A stretch of 64,000 nucleotides of DNA from Balanoglossus misakiensis (taxonomy: Eukaryota; Animalia; Hemichordata), in contig CM082579.2 of assembly GCA_040954595.2 (NCBI GenBank), positions 12,835,834 through 12,899,833 of the forward strand, written 5' to 3'. Positions 24,653 to 37,100 of the stretch are shown here, piece by piece. The notes below the pieces were generated by a model that had not been told where the DNA came from, ran no database searches, and saw only the letters and a list, made by a program, of their open reading frames with translations. The translations under genes were made by a program, and so were the position numbers. The first letter of the stretch is position 1; every line of letters begins with the position of its first letter.

Positions 24653-26536
24653 GTTCAATACTCCAGGCAAAATCTGGCGATTCCCGACCGATATTTTGGG
24701 CAGTGATGTCGACTAAAATGTAGAACTCGTGGACCGATCACCGTTACCAATCACACCTCATCCATACGGGACGCCAAAACACCACAAAATGCCTCACAAC
24801 TTGTAGAACGGCCCCTTTTTAGACTTTATGCGAGAGAAATCGCGGCCATCTTTATCTAGCTCGCACACAGGTTCTGCAGTGCATTGTGGGTAAAAGTAAT
24901 GTTTATCAACAAAGGCTATTTCGGGACGATACCCGCCTTTTAAGCTATGGCCACATTGTTTTGTAGAATTCTGGTCGGTGCAATAGTCCTATCGGCTAGT
25001 GTGCAGCATAGGACCAAAATATGAAACCAAATTTAAGGCTCACCTGTGACACCTGCTTAACTCATTAACTATGTGCATACCTAATTCCAGGCAAACCAAT
25101 AGGGCTACAGGTCTGGTTTTTGTCGGACATGGACCAGTATGGAGTCAAATTTTTCCCCCAAATTTTGGGTGACCTTAGGTGACCTTTGACCTACTTTAGC
25201 ATATCTCAGTATCCAGAGCAGGTACAGCTTAGGTGTTTGGGGGGATGGGACCAAAATAAGAAGCCAAATTTAAAGGAAACCTTTGACACCTGCTCAACTC
25301 ATTAATTATGTGCATACCTAATTCCAGGCTAACCAGTAGGGCTACAGGTCTGGTTTTTGTTGGACATGGACCAGTATAGCGTCAACATTTTCTGCTCATA
25401 TTAAGCATGACCTCATGTGACCTTTGACCTACTTTCCCACATCTCAGCATCCACAGCACATACACCTTTGGCATTTGGAGTGATAGAACAACTTATGCAG
25501 TAATTAAATATGCACAAATCTATCTCCAGGCGAACCAAAAGGGCTAGTAGTGTCTCGAAACCCGCTTATTTCTGTTCACAGCTGTATTTGTTTTTGTTTT
25601 TGTTGTTTTTACTAGCAGCAGCCAAACTTACTGCACGTCTCTTTTTTAACATTTAATATTGCAATGAGGTATCGAACTGGATTTATTAGCACTGTTTTAT
25701 AATCGTTTATAAGCTTCACATTCTACAAGTCGTATGTTCATACACAACTCAGGCACTTCCTCAGCGCATCCGTCCACAATGCCTTTATCGGGTGCCCCAG
25801 ATCGCACTCTCCTATATTTCCTCTTCCAACCGTCAGGTGCTCCCATTTAGCACTCCGACCATCTCCCCTGCCAGGTGCCCACAAACTGACACTCTAACGC
25901 CACCATTCACAAACGAAATGGCGGGTGCCCAAAGTTGGCACTCCACCCACCTCCATTTCTTATATCCAACTATATTCGCTCTGAAAAAGCAAAGTAACAG
26001 AAATGTGTGTTCTTGAGCCTGGGCGACGTGGCCATCCCCTGTACCTGCCGTTTCTGTAGCGGTAACATTGCCCGCCTTTTGCGCAGGTGGTGGAGCTGCA
26101 GGATTCAGAGTAGCAGCAGCCGGAGGAGATGCACAGGTGTGCCAACCACTAGCAGAAGGTACACTAGGTATTGTCGAGCCATGAGCTTGCACGAAGCTTG
26201 CAGTAGAAAGACTAGGAGTCGAAGAGGCAGGTACTGTTGAACGACTAGCCTCCATAATCAACGTCCTCCGGTGGCATGGCCAAGGAAAGTAAACTGTTTA
26301 GCATATGCGTCTTGGGGTATATCCTGTCCTTATGAATATTCATTACTAATTTACATAATGCGGGATAATCTCGCTGTGTGCTAAGGCTTTTAATAAGACT
26401 TCTGACATGTTTTGAGTTCGTTGACCACCAACACGTTGTTGTAACTTCTGAATTCGGCGAATGACAAAGTGGGTATATTTGGGCAGACATTTCCTCGTTC
26501 TGTAAAGGTTGGTACATGTCACATCATGAGTATTAA

Positions 26537-26883
26537 AGGGACAAAGTCTCTCTCTCGCTGCCCTTTTTCCATTAATTATGTTTGATACAAGACACTGTTT
26601 ATGTTAATGTACATGTGGATATATAGTGAATCAATGATCAACCACACAAAACTTGCATCCCACTTGTATGATATGAGAGTAAAAACTCGCCCAAAATGAA
26701 TAAATGGTAAAGAACGATTATTCATTTTGGCGAGTTTTTTCACTCTCCTGTCTATAAGAGGGATGGAAGTTGTGTGTGGTTGAACGTTCATTCACTATGT
26801 ATCCACATGTAGAATAACAAACGGTGTCTTGTATCAAATATAATTAATGGAAAAAAGGGCAGCGAGAGAGAGACTTTGTCCCT
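26537..26883. mobile_element. Non-autonomous Kolobok-type MITE (347 bp)
   Basis: TTAA|AGGGACAAAGTCTCTCTCTCGCTGCCC ... GGGCAGCGAGAGAGAGACTTTGTCCCT|TTAA, with long (~90 bp) imperfect TIRs. Confidence 0.9.
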
Positions 26884-27343
26884 TTAATTTGATCACCAAC
26901 ATTCCATGTGATGGCAAGCAGATTAGTTCGAAAGATGTTATTCTGTGTTTGTTCTGATATTTCGTTCCGCGATTTGTTCAACAAGATCGTCACAGCTGAT
27001 CGATGGTGCATCAGCAGATCGATTGGTGCATCTGTCTGAATGAAAATTGCATCAGGAGTATAAAAAAATACGACAGTGACAAAACACATGGTTGCGTTGA
27101 TGTTAAAGTACAATCTGAGGTGTCAGTCTGTAGCGAGATCAACATGAAGTTTGTAGTGTTCAATGTGTCTTCTTCTGACAATAAACGTACACACAAAGCC
27201 ATTCCATCTACTTCCGGCCACCGTGCCATCTGATACTAGCAGCCACATTCAAAATGTGTTTTGGATCATGAAGTCCACTGTTACTGAAGTCGCTCTGCCT
27301 AACAAAATAGTTTCCCACAAGCTATTACGTCCTATTAAGTTTT

Positions 27344-28100
27344 TAGGTCCCATTGGTTGGGACCTTATGGGATCGGTTGCGTCTGTATGTATACATGTAT
27401 GTATGTATGTATGTATGTATGTATGTATGTATGTATGTATGTATGAAGGTGTCATTGCCAAAAATATGCAAATTAGCTGGGAAAATGTGAAATTGGTAAA
27501 AACTCTACAACCACTGGTCATATTGATTTGAAAATTGGTATGCATGTACCTTATGTCAACCTCATACAGTCCAGTATGTTTTGAGCTAATATTATCGATT
27601 TCCTATCTTTTATGCATTTTTTGTATTTTTCCATGTTATTGGTATAAAGTCTTCATTTCTGAAAGTGATGGGCTTACTTCTTTGAAATTCAGTATGAAGC
27701 TTCCTATGATTGTCTGAGTAACCATACTTTTGTTCAAATTGTTGCAAATTTGCATATTTATAATTGTGACTAATATTTGCAATTTTCGGTCAATTTTTTT
27801 CTTTAAAACCGCATGCCAGATTGCTTTGCAATTCGGTAGGCATGCTCGTAGGCGTAACCTAAGTAATATGTTGTAAAAAATGTGATATTTGCATAAATGT
27901 GTTATTGCTGAAACTTTTGCAATTTTGTCAAAAATTGTTTTCTCTGAAACTGCTTGTCATATTGCATTGAACTTTGGCAGGCATGTTCCTTGTAGTGCTT
28001 GAAGTAAGATATTGTACACTTTTGGTGATATTTGCATATTTGTGTTTTTGCCACTTTTGAACAAATGTTTTCTGTGAACCTGCTTGTTGGAACAACCCTG
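27344..28100 (+). mobile_element. HINE/DINE-like element 5' part with (TATG)n microsatellite
   Basis: TTTTTAGGTCCCA-TTGGT-TGGGACCT hairpin, then (TATG)n and core repeats. Related to 58447-59748. The 3' boundary is approximate. Confidence 0.6.
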
Positions 28101-28109
28101 ACACAGTTG

Positions 28110-31100
28110 ACACAGAGTCTATGGAAAGCATATACTGTCTTGAAAGAAATAGAACGCGAGCGTACTGTTTTGCTTGAAATTTATGATCAGATACGCGCCG
28201 TGTTGGATACCCCCATAGAGGGTATATTGTAAGCCGTCGATCGTTTGAAATGGCGCGTGGATAGTGTCATTAATCATGCACAGCGACTGATTGTGCGAGC
28301 CGATGCTCAAAGCACAGTTTCAGTCGGATCCGTGCCTTTGCATCTTACAAGGTCGAGCTCCAGGTCATCCAGACGATCCAGCTCTTCCAGTACTTCATCA
28401 GTGCGCAGAAACGCTGCTGTCAGGGCAGCCGCCCTACAGGCGGAAATCGAGGCAAAACATGAAGAGACAGCACATGAAGAGGAATTAGAACATTTAGCGG
28501 CAGAAATACGTTGTAAGAAAATGGTGTTAGAAAGACAGAGACTAGTAGGAGAACTGCATGTGAAGAAAGCGCAGATATAGCTGCTTGTGAAAGAGAAGAA
28601 CTACTTGACAACCTGCCATTAGCGAAGACTATGTTGCCAGCCACATCCGCATCACTGTTACCACTGGTGACGAGCGAGTTGCCGACACTTGTCGTGAAGA
28701 CTGTACCGATCAGCCAGTCAACACCAGCTGCTCACATTCCCACGCGTACTGTAAAACAGAACCAGTCACCCCGTCGACTACCAAGCCACCTACATCGCAA
28801 CCGAAACCACAATATTGTACACTACGTGCAAAAGGAAATGAATATCATCCAACGGAGAACAGAGAAAACCTTAGAATTGACAGAAGCTTTGCTACATCTG
28901 TGCCGTTGAATAGACTTGCTACACCCGAACCACCAATATTAATGGGAGATCCATTCGCTTATCCAGATTGGATATCATCATACACGACCCTAGTTGAGTT
29001 GCGAGGTGTACCACCACTGGAAATAATTCATTACCTGAATAAATATTTAGGCGGTCCTGCCAAAGAAGCAGTAGTTGGATGTTTTCTGCTCAGAAATGAA
29101 GGGGCATTCGACGAAGCAAGAGCAAGATTCTTGAAGAAAGATACGGAAACTCCTTTTGCAGTGACGGAGGCATTAAGAGACTAAATTGACAGATGGTCAA
29201 GAATCTCCGGCAAGGACGGGAAAGCCTTGAGCCAGTTTGCAGACTTCCTCAAACGGTGTCAGATAGCCATGAAAGACATACCAGACCTGCTAGTGTTAAA
29301 TGATGTTCACGAAAACAGGAAAATGCTCCAGAAATTACCAGATTGGCTTGTCAACAGATGGAGCCGTATTGTCGCGAAAATAAAGAAAACTACAAATGCA
29401 TTCAAGAGATTTGTCTTCTTCATGCTGGAAGAGGCCGATATCGCATGTGGGTCATTGGCATTGATCGGATCGTTGAGGTCACCAACCGACAGAGACCCTG
29501 AGAAAGCTTCGACCAACACCAGGAAGGCGCAAACCAGGTGCGCATACGCTCTAGACCACAGCAAAACCAGGGGCAGTAAACCAGCTGTGTGCTTTCTGCA
29601 AAAAGACTGGACACGCTATACAGGAATGTTATAGCTTCGCATCTACGCCTATGTCCGATACACAGGAATTTGTTAGAAAGGGCGGTTACTGCTTCGGATG
29701 TTTAAACACGGGGAACATGTCAAAGAACTGCAAATCCCGTGGCGTTTGTAAGAAATGCTATAGGAAACATTCCACCACTCGTCCATGAACGAAACCATGA
29801 GCACCGTTCAGTCTCCAGTGCGAAACAAGGAAAGCAGATTGCTATAGTATGACTTAAGTAGTGGTCTTTATTCAATATTTCTAGGCCGTCGGCCCAACAT
29901 ACTTCAAATTTTAGTCAATCAAGTACAGAAAAAATGACAGGAAAATAATATTTACAAACACTCAAAATAAATCCATATCATGTATTTCCTTTCTCACTTT
30001 CATAGCATGGAAAGTGAAGGCTGCTAGACGTTGTAGTGTATCTGGATCCTCAGTTGTCATTAAACAAATAAACTTTCTTTCCGTTGGAGGATTAAAATAA
30101 TAACGGGGAATATACTTCATCCTCATGTTTTCAAAAAAATTACAGAATAAAACAAAATGACATTCGTTTTCAACTTCATTTTTGTTACACATCAAACATA
30201 CTCTTTCATTTACATCATTTTTCAGTTTTCTGTCTGTTTCAATACGCAAATAATGGGAAGACCATCTCAAGCGTGCTAACATAGAAATGTGTACATTGCT
30301 TTTTACAACAGAGAGATATTTTTCTGGTGAAAGTGAACATTTCAGTTCTCGATAACAGGACAGTTTGTCAAGAGTAGAAATTTCGCCATACCAATTATTA
30401 TGTAAATCGCTCTTAAAATGTTCTACAAAAGTACAAATAAAACTGTTCTGATCAAAAACTTCTTGTCGTTCCCATACATCATGCAAATTACAGAGGTAAA
30501 GTAAATTTTTAATGTGGTGTATCCACGTGGGCTTCAACCTGACACCAGATTTATCAATATGATAAAGCATTTTGTAGCACATCTTTGGATAACGATTTTT
30601 TGACATTTTTAACAGTTTACACCAATATTTGACACATTTTTTGGCCGTATACAAATGAATTGGAAACCTTCCACATTCGCCTAAAACAGCAACTTTTGGC
30701 GTGTTACTCGACACACCCAAAAAACACTTACATGCTAGATATTGAATTCTCTCAATATAATCATAATTTGTGTATCCCCATACTTCTGAACCATAGGTAA
30801 GTATTGGTAAAACCATTGCATCAAAAATCTTTAAAAAAGTGTTTTTGGGGAAAATTACCAGTTTTTTTGCTCGCTCTAAAAATACCCATGAGAACCTTTC
30901 TTGCTTGTTGTGCAAGGGTGTTGTGGCCATTGACCATTTCAATCTACAGGAAAACAGAATACCTATATATTTATAATAGGAAACAACATTTACCCTCTCT
31001 CCGTTAAAATACCTTTTTTCTGTTTTTGCAAGATACCCACCAGCTTTAAATACAGCCACTTTTGTCTTTTGTAAGTTAACTGTCATCTTCCATTTTATAC

Positions 31101-34100
31101 AATAGCAATGCAAACAATTTAGAAGTCGCTGTAGACCAATTATAGAGTCAGAAAAAAGTACAACGTCATCTGCGAACAGTAGACATAAAATTTCTGTCAA
31201 ATATGGAGAAAGTTGTATTCCACGCTGACCACTATTCTGTACATCATGTGTCAGTTCATTTACAAAAAAAGAAAATAGGAAAGGACTGAGCATACATCCC
31301 TGTCTAACCCCAACAGGACAGTTGAAATATTCCGTACCGTTACCATTGTTTCTTACACAAGATTTAACGTCTTTATACATGGAATTCAAAATTTTAAACA
31401 TTTTTCCATTTACACCGCCTTTCAAGAGAATAAACCAAAGCCTCTGTCACTCGACAGTGTCAAATGCTTTCGCAAAATCAACAAAAGCGCAGTAAAATTT
31501 GCCACGTTTCCTAGATAAATATTTTTGAATAACGACTGTAAAATAAACATGTTGTCTATAGTTGAATACCCATGTCTAAAACCTGCTTGTGCTTCATCAA
31601 TCTTTTCAAGTGCGTCAGCCCAATATGTAAGACGATTATTCAAGATTGAAGTGAAAATTTTACTAAAAATACTTAATAAAGAAATTCCTCTGTTATTTTC
31701 AGGATTGTTTTCTGACCCATTTTTGTGAAGAGGTACAATGATTGCTTTTGACCAATCTTTCGGGAAAATACCAGCATCAAATAATTTATTAAATAGCATA
31801 TTCAAATACGGGATCAGGATATTACTAGTGCATTTAAAAAATTCTCCCAAAAGCAAATCAGGACCAGCTGATTTGCCATTTTTCGATTTTCTGATTACCA
31901 ATTCTATTTCGTCATTTGTAATTGCACCATTTAAAAAGTCCCAGTTTAACTCTGTTTCATCGTTTACAAGTTCATCTACTGAATACAACATACTATCCAG
32001 TTCATCAGAAAGGGAAAAATCGTCCTTAGCAGTGACATTGCTATGAAATAGATTTCTAAAATAATCGTGAAATACATCAAGATGGACTTCGTTTTGAACT
32101 CTACGCACTGACATACAGCACCTCACAATTGCCCCAAATTGTTCGCATCTGTGAAGGCAAGAGCAGATAATTTTGTCTTTTGTTCATCTAAAATGTGCGT
32201 TTTTTGGTTAGACAAATATTTCTAAAAATCATTTCTTGCCTTTTTGTACAGTTTCAGCTCCGTTTCACCGCTTTTGCTTCTAAAATTTCTCAGTAGACTA
32301 TATTTCTTTTTCTTTAGGGAAAAACACTCTTTGTCAAACCAAAGAGGCTGTTGTCTTTGTTTTGGTCTGTTCTGTGAAACTTTCTTAACCATATTACAGT
32401 GTTCAGGAGCGTACATAAAGGCACTGCCAAGTTTTCCAATGAACGACATCAACAAATAGTGAAAAAAATAAAAAAGTAAACAAAAAAACAGGAAAACATT
32501 TTTAAAATACCAATAAAATTATGAAACTACTTCCGAATATCGGTAGATTTTTCAAAGCAAGCTTCAAATGGCAAAGTCAACTGGCAGCGTGATTCAGCCA
32601 TTAGCGTCAGTCTTCCATTTACCTCTAGCCAAAAAAGGTATTGGTTCATTGAATGTGTCAGTACGTTTGCACCAACAACCGTGAAAGTACATACCAAAAA
32701 GCATGCCATGAGGCGGTACGCCAGTTCATTTGCATAGGTCAACGTTGTTGTCGGGCAGTAGAACCCGACGGACACATTTCTCCAATTTTTCGGGTGGATG
32801 AAACATCCAATTTGCATTCTCCAGGCACAAACGTCTAAACCCATCGTAAGTGAGGTTACTCAGTCGAATTTCGACGAAAAACAATTTAGTCTTGGGGTAG
32901 CGGTTTTCCTCGGAGCGGTGAGATCGTGCGTCCTGTCACTTCGTCTTCAATCACGTGACCTCCATAGTGTGACTTGCCCTCGAGGAAAGTCTATCGATGA
33001 TTGTACCAGTGTGGATTTCTGGATACGAAGAACCGAACAGAGAGATTATATTATACACGCTGTTGGACATACAGTCAGATACTACTTTCGTGTTGGATCA
33101 TGTCGCTGAACAGCTACATACAGCATCTGAGCCAGCAAACCTTCGTATGACAACCATGACAACGAGCAACAAGTTTGTTGCCTGTCAAAATATAGTAAAC
33201 TCAGAGTTCGTGGATTTGACTCTGGCAAATAGTTTCTTTGCCTACTACGTATTCGCTCAATGACAAATATATACCAGTGGAAAAATCGCACATACCCAGT
33301 CGGGATACGGCCAATGGGTGGCCTCATCTTAGAGATATTGCTACTCGTATTCATCCTTAACAAAAATGTGAAGTTGGTCTGTTGATAGGTTATGATTGTC
33401 CTCAAGCCCTAGCACCTCGTAGCTTTGTCACAGGCAGTGGAAATCAGCCATTCGCAGTAGAGACAGACTTAGGATGGACCATCGTCGGACATCTTACACA
33501 TCGAGATGGAAGGGAAGATGTCTTCAGTTTTACCCATAGAGTACTTACAAAGGTGATACCAGACGGTCTACAACCAGGTGTAGACAGTCATCAGAGACTT
33601 CGTATGGAAGAGTCTCATTCGTCGGCAGTTCGTTATGCCTTTAAAACTTTAGCCAAGGAGCAAGTTCTCAGCCCTTTTGGACGTGGTGAGAATTCTCGAA
33701 TCGGACTTCAACGAATGAAGAGTTGAAGAATTCGTCATGTCTCAGGATGACATTCGATTTTTGAAGATCATTGAAAATGGTATTTCGAAAGAACCAGATG
33801 GATTCTATACAATGCCACTTCCTTTCAGATAGGATAGACCAGCGCTCCCAAAAACAGATGTATAGCACAGCAGAGACTGTATGTATAGCACAGCAGAGAC
33901 TGTACTTGAAACGTCGCTTCAAGTCAGACCCGAAGTATTTGAACGACTACAAAACTTCATAGAAGACATTATCGCATCAGGAGATGCGGAACTGGTCGAC
34001 GACCAGAATATAGATGCTGGATCGATGTGGTATATTCCACACCATGGGGTGTATCACCCTAAAAACCGACAAGATGTGTTTGATCGTAGCGCGAGGTTCA

Positions 34101-34110
34101 GGGGAACGAT
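28110..34110 (+). mobile_element. Degenerate BEL/Pao LTR retrotransposon (gag-protease-RT start), interrupted and truncated
   Basis: Gag-like GDPFAYPDWISSY..HYLNKYLGGPAKEAV, QKLPDWLVNRWSR and Cys/His knuckles near 29590-29780. Protease YTLLDIQSDTTFV, LIGYDCPQALAP..AVETDLGWTIVG. RT start WYIPHHGVYHPK..VFD.SARFRG. Many stops and frameshifts; no LTRs seen. Confidence 0.85.
29845..32455 (-). mobile_element. 5'-truncated non-LTR retrotransposon (RTEX/L2-like LINE) ORF2 remnant inserted in the BEL element
   Basis: RT motifs GKSAGPD, WSKAIIVPLHK, RGISLLS, EAQAGFR, GVRQGCMLSPFLF, LLFADD, YKYIG and C-terminal C..C..E..HFVLFC. Frameshift near 31425-31520. AATAAA on the minus strand near 29870. Confidence 0.9.
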
Positions 34111-37100
34111 TAGTAGTAGTAGTTACATGAAGAAAATCTGACTAAACCGCTGGAAAATGGATAGGTTGTAGACACTACTCCCCCCCCCCCCAACCGGAAA
34201 GAAATTGACCCATAATGCACTGCAAATTTCCAAGATGGCGTAAACACAATTTATCCCTATAGAGAATCAACGTTCAACCACACACACCTTCAAATTAGTC
34301 CGGCCGCCAAATCCACTTTTTTTGCCGAACCTTGTTTTGGCGTCTAAAGTTTTTTTTAAAGCGGATTCTGCTTGCATAGATCACCAGAGTGAAAGAAATG
34401 GTTACTGGAGCTCCGTCAGTGTTGAGCAATTTGATATAATTAGCATAAAAAAATGGCCGCCAAATGATTTCAAATTATCAATATATAGGCCGGCTGCCAA
34501 GTCCGCTGTTTGTGACGAACCTTGTATTAGTGTCATCAGAGTTTTTAAAGCGGATTCTGCTTGCATAGATCACCAGAGTGAAAGAAATGGTTACTGGAGC
34601 TCCGTCAGTGTTGAGCAATTTGATATAATTAGCATAAAAAAATGGCCGCCAAATGATTTCAATTATCAATGTAAGAGATATAGAAATCACCTTTATAGTG
34701 CAAAAACAGGTTAGTTGTCATAATTGAGTATATTTAAATACTAATTTGCATAAGTTAACGCTCCATGACGTATATACAAGTATTGTAAACCCTAAACATG
34801 AGTTACATACACGTTTTAACCAGATGAATGTTAATCTTTGCCGCAAAGGAATATGGCCGTCACTGTAGTAAAATGCAAAATACAATGACTACATTGCATT
34901 TCTCACTTTAGAACTTCATAAACAAAGCATGATCTCATCCAGTAGAACACATGGAAGTAAATGTACTCCACTGAGACATTAGATTTTTTATTTTTCATGG
35001 CACAAAACTTGCGGAAATGTTTCACTATACTGATATTCCTTTCATTTTTGGCCATTTTATCATAAATTCATAAATAAGTGTTTTCTTGATATACTATCAG
35101 GCAATATCATTTATTACACCTAATTAGAAGTACAGTGTAGATCAGAGATTATTTAAAGCTTAACTGTTTTTTATAAAGTTGAACTGTATAAACGCAGATT
35201 ATAACGTATTCTCTAAACTACAATAAACTACATTGAAATGTACATTAAAATGTACTAGACATTGTTCTGATCATATTTGTGTGTTTCCAAATGAGTGTAT
35301 GCAATCCTGAAACACCCGTATACATATCCTTTATCTGTATCTCGGATAAAGATACACCTATTAAAAATGTTCGAGCAGAATGTCTCATTAGTCAACATGA
35401 GTTTTTTTCCGGGATTTTAAGATTTGTTTACAAGGGATGGACAAAATAAACATTGGCCAAATTTTAGACAAGGATATAATGAATAAAGTTAGCAACATTC
35501 TTATGATTCAGGACACACCTACAGCCTCCTATTCCTATATAAACACCATGGGAAGGAAACTGTCCCATTACAACAGAGACTAACATTACTGATGAAACAG
35601 GCTTTCTTTGGTGGCAGTCGTAGGCATGAGCATATTGTCATTAAACACAACTCAGGCTATATTTTTCAACAATGATGCCAAATGTAAATACACCGATGTT
35701 GAAATAATAAGAATGCTGAACTTCCTGTTACCTTTCTATACATCCATATGGAGCCAAGTTTATGTAATCTCTACGAAATATGATGTAAAACTATTGCTTG
35801 TAAATGTTCCAGTAACACCTTAGATAAGTCGTCGATTTCATAATTGTGAACTATCCTACTATATGTGACCTACGGGTAGTCATAACCAGCTATAACCCTA
35901 TAACCACTGAAATTAAATACAAACACTGGTCCCCAGATCGCATTTGTGATTCGCCTCGAAATAATGTACTGATCAGCTGAACGAGATCTTTCAACCTTCA
36001 AATCTCTGTTCACACTTTTATCCTGAAAACACTAGATAAAACTGTAAAGTCTTCCGATCTATCCCTTTGATGTGCGTTTTCGAAAAGAACTGGTGTGGAA
36101 GATGTTAAGCTTCTTATTTTAAATTCATTTATAGAAACATCTTGAGAAACCTGAAGGAATGCGCAAGAAGACCTTTATAAAAATCAAGTAGAAATTGTCC
36201 CGACTCACACATACCTTGGCTCCATTTTTGATAATACATTAAAATGGGATGCCAACACTTATTTTGTAGTGAGAAAGAGCAGTGTTTGTATTTTTAAAGG
36301 AAATTGGCATCGTTTAGATAAGAAAGGGAAATTCATTCATTTAAAGCGTTCTAACATTTTCCTTCAGTTGACTGCTGCCTATCTGTCCTTAAAAGTAAAA
36401 AAATGCTGGAAAAGACAAGGCTGTTCCAAAATATTCTGCACTCCTGTTAGAAATTAGCAATGTTTTTTTTATAATCAACAGGTATTTCGCAAAGCTTGCA
36501 CAATCAATCCTTCAACATCCATGATTTATCACCATAGTTTAACTTCCTCCTCGTTCATTTTTAAAGGTTTCAGCTTGCAGGTTGAACAGGCACAAACATT
36601 CAGCTTTTAAACGATATGAGTTGATTGATGTTCCATGTGTATCCTTGCCCTTTTTAAATGTTCGAAATGTTTTCACAATGTGTATGTATGTTTTTCAAGA
36701 GTCATTGTTTGCCAAGTTTTGTGATGAATAAACAAAACTCCCGAGATGCGGTAAAGTTTGCAACTAATATGAGTACTTTAAAATTAGACACAGCTTATTA
36801 CCTTTAAAACGAAATTGAGGCAGACATTCTCTGACTTTCGCAGAATAATTTACGAAATTCAGTGGTATCTAAAGAGACTTTGTAATTCCAAATATGACTC
36901 ATCAGTCACTCAAATGGCAAGTGACAGTATTTCTGGATTTGACTCACAATAATAGTTTGGCATTTTGGTAAATTACACTTTAGTTTGTTCCTTTTGGTCA
37001 ATCTTGACTGGGGTAACATTCTCGCATGATACGTTGTCCAATTCGGGACACCTGGTACGGCCACTTCAAGTAGTTCAAGGCGATAAAATATAGCAACTGC

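Larger units (their letters stand above)
16129..24939 (+). mobile_element. Full-length autonomous Kolobok DNA transposon (8811 bp)
   Basis: TTAA at 16125-16128 and 24940-24943. Imperfect 17-bp TIRs AGGGCGAGGCTCGTCAC / GGGACGATACCCGCCTT (12/17 match). Uninterrupted site CTATACTTAAGCTATGGCC in the paralogous repeat at 57901-57919. Encodes a DDE transposase and a convergent KolX gene. Confidence 0.92.
15505..25589 (+). mobile_element. Helentron-associated non-autonomous element (HINE/DINE-like, family A), split by the Kolobok insertion
   Basis: 5' hairpin GGGTTTCGAGACC-loop-GGTCTCGAAACCC, then a (TTA)n tract and ~238-bp core repeats. 3' subTIR GTCTCGAAACCC is followed by the short palindrome CTGTTCACAG and a T-rich flank. 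Colinear with 57352-58306. Confidence 0.75.

Noticed and set aside
27163-27545. ORFs containing (CMYV)n / (HTYI)n, also at 58467-58762
   Set aside because: These are translations of (TATG)n microsatellites in HINE-like repeats.
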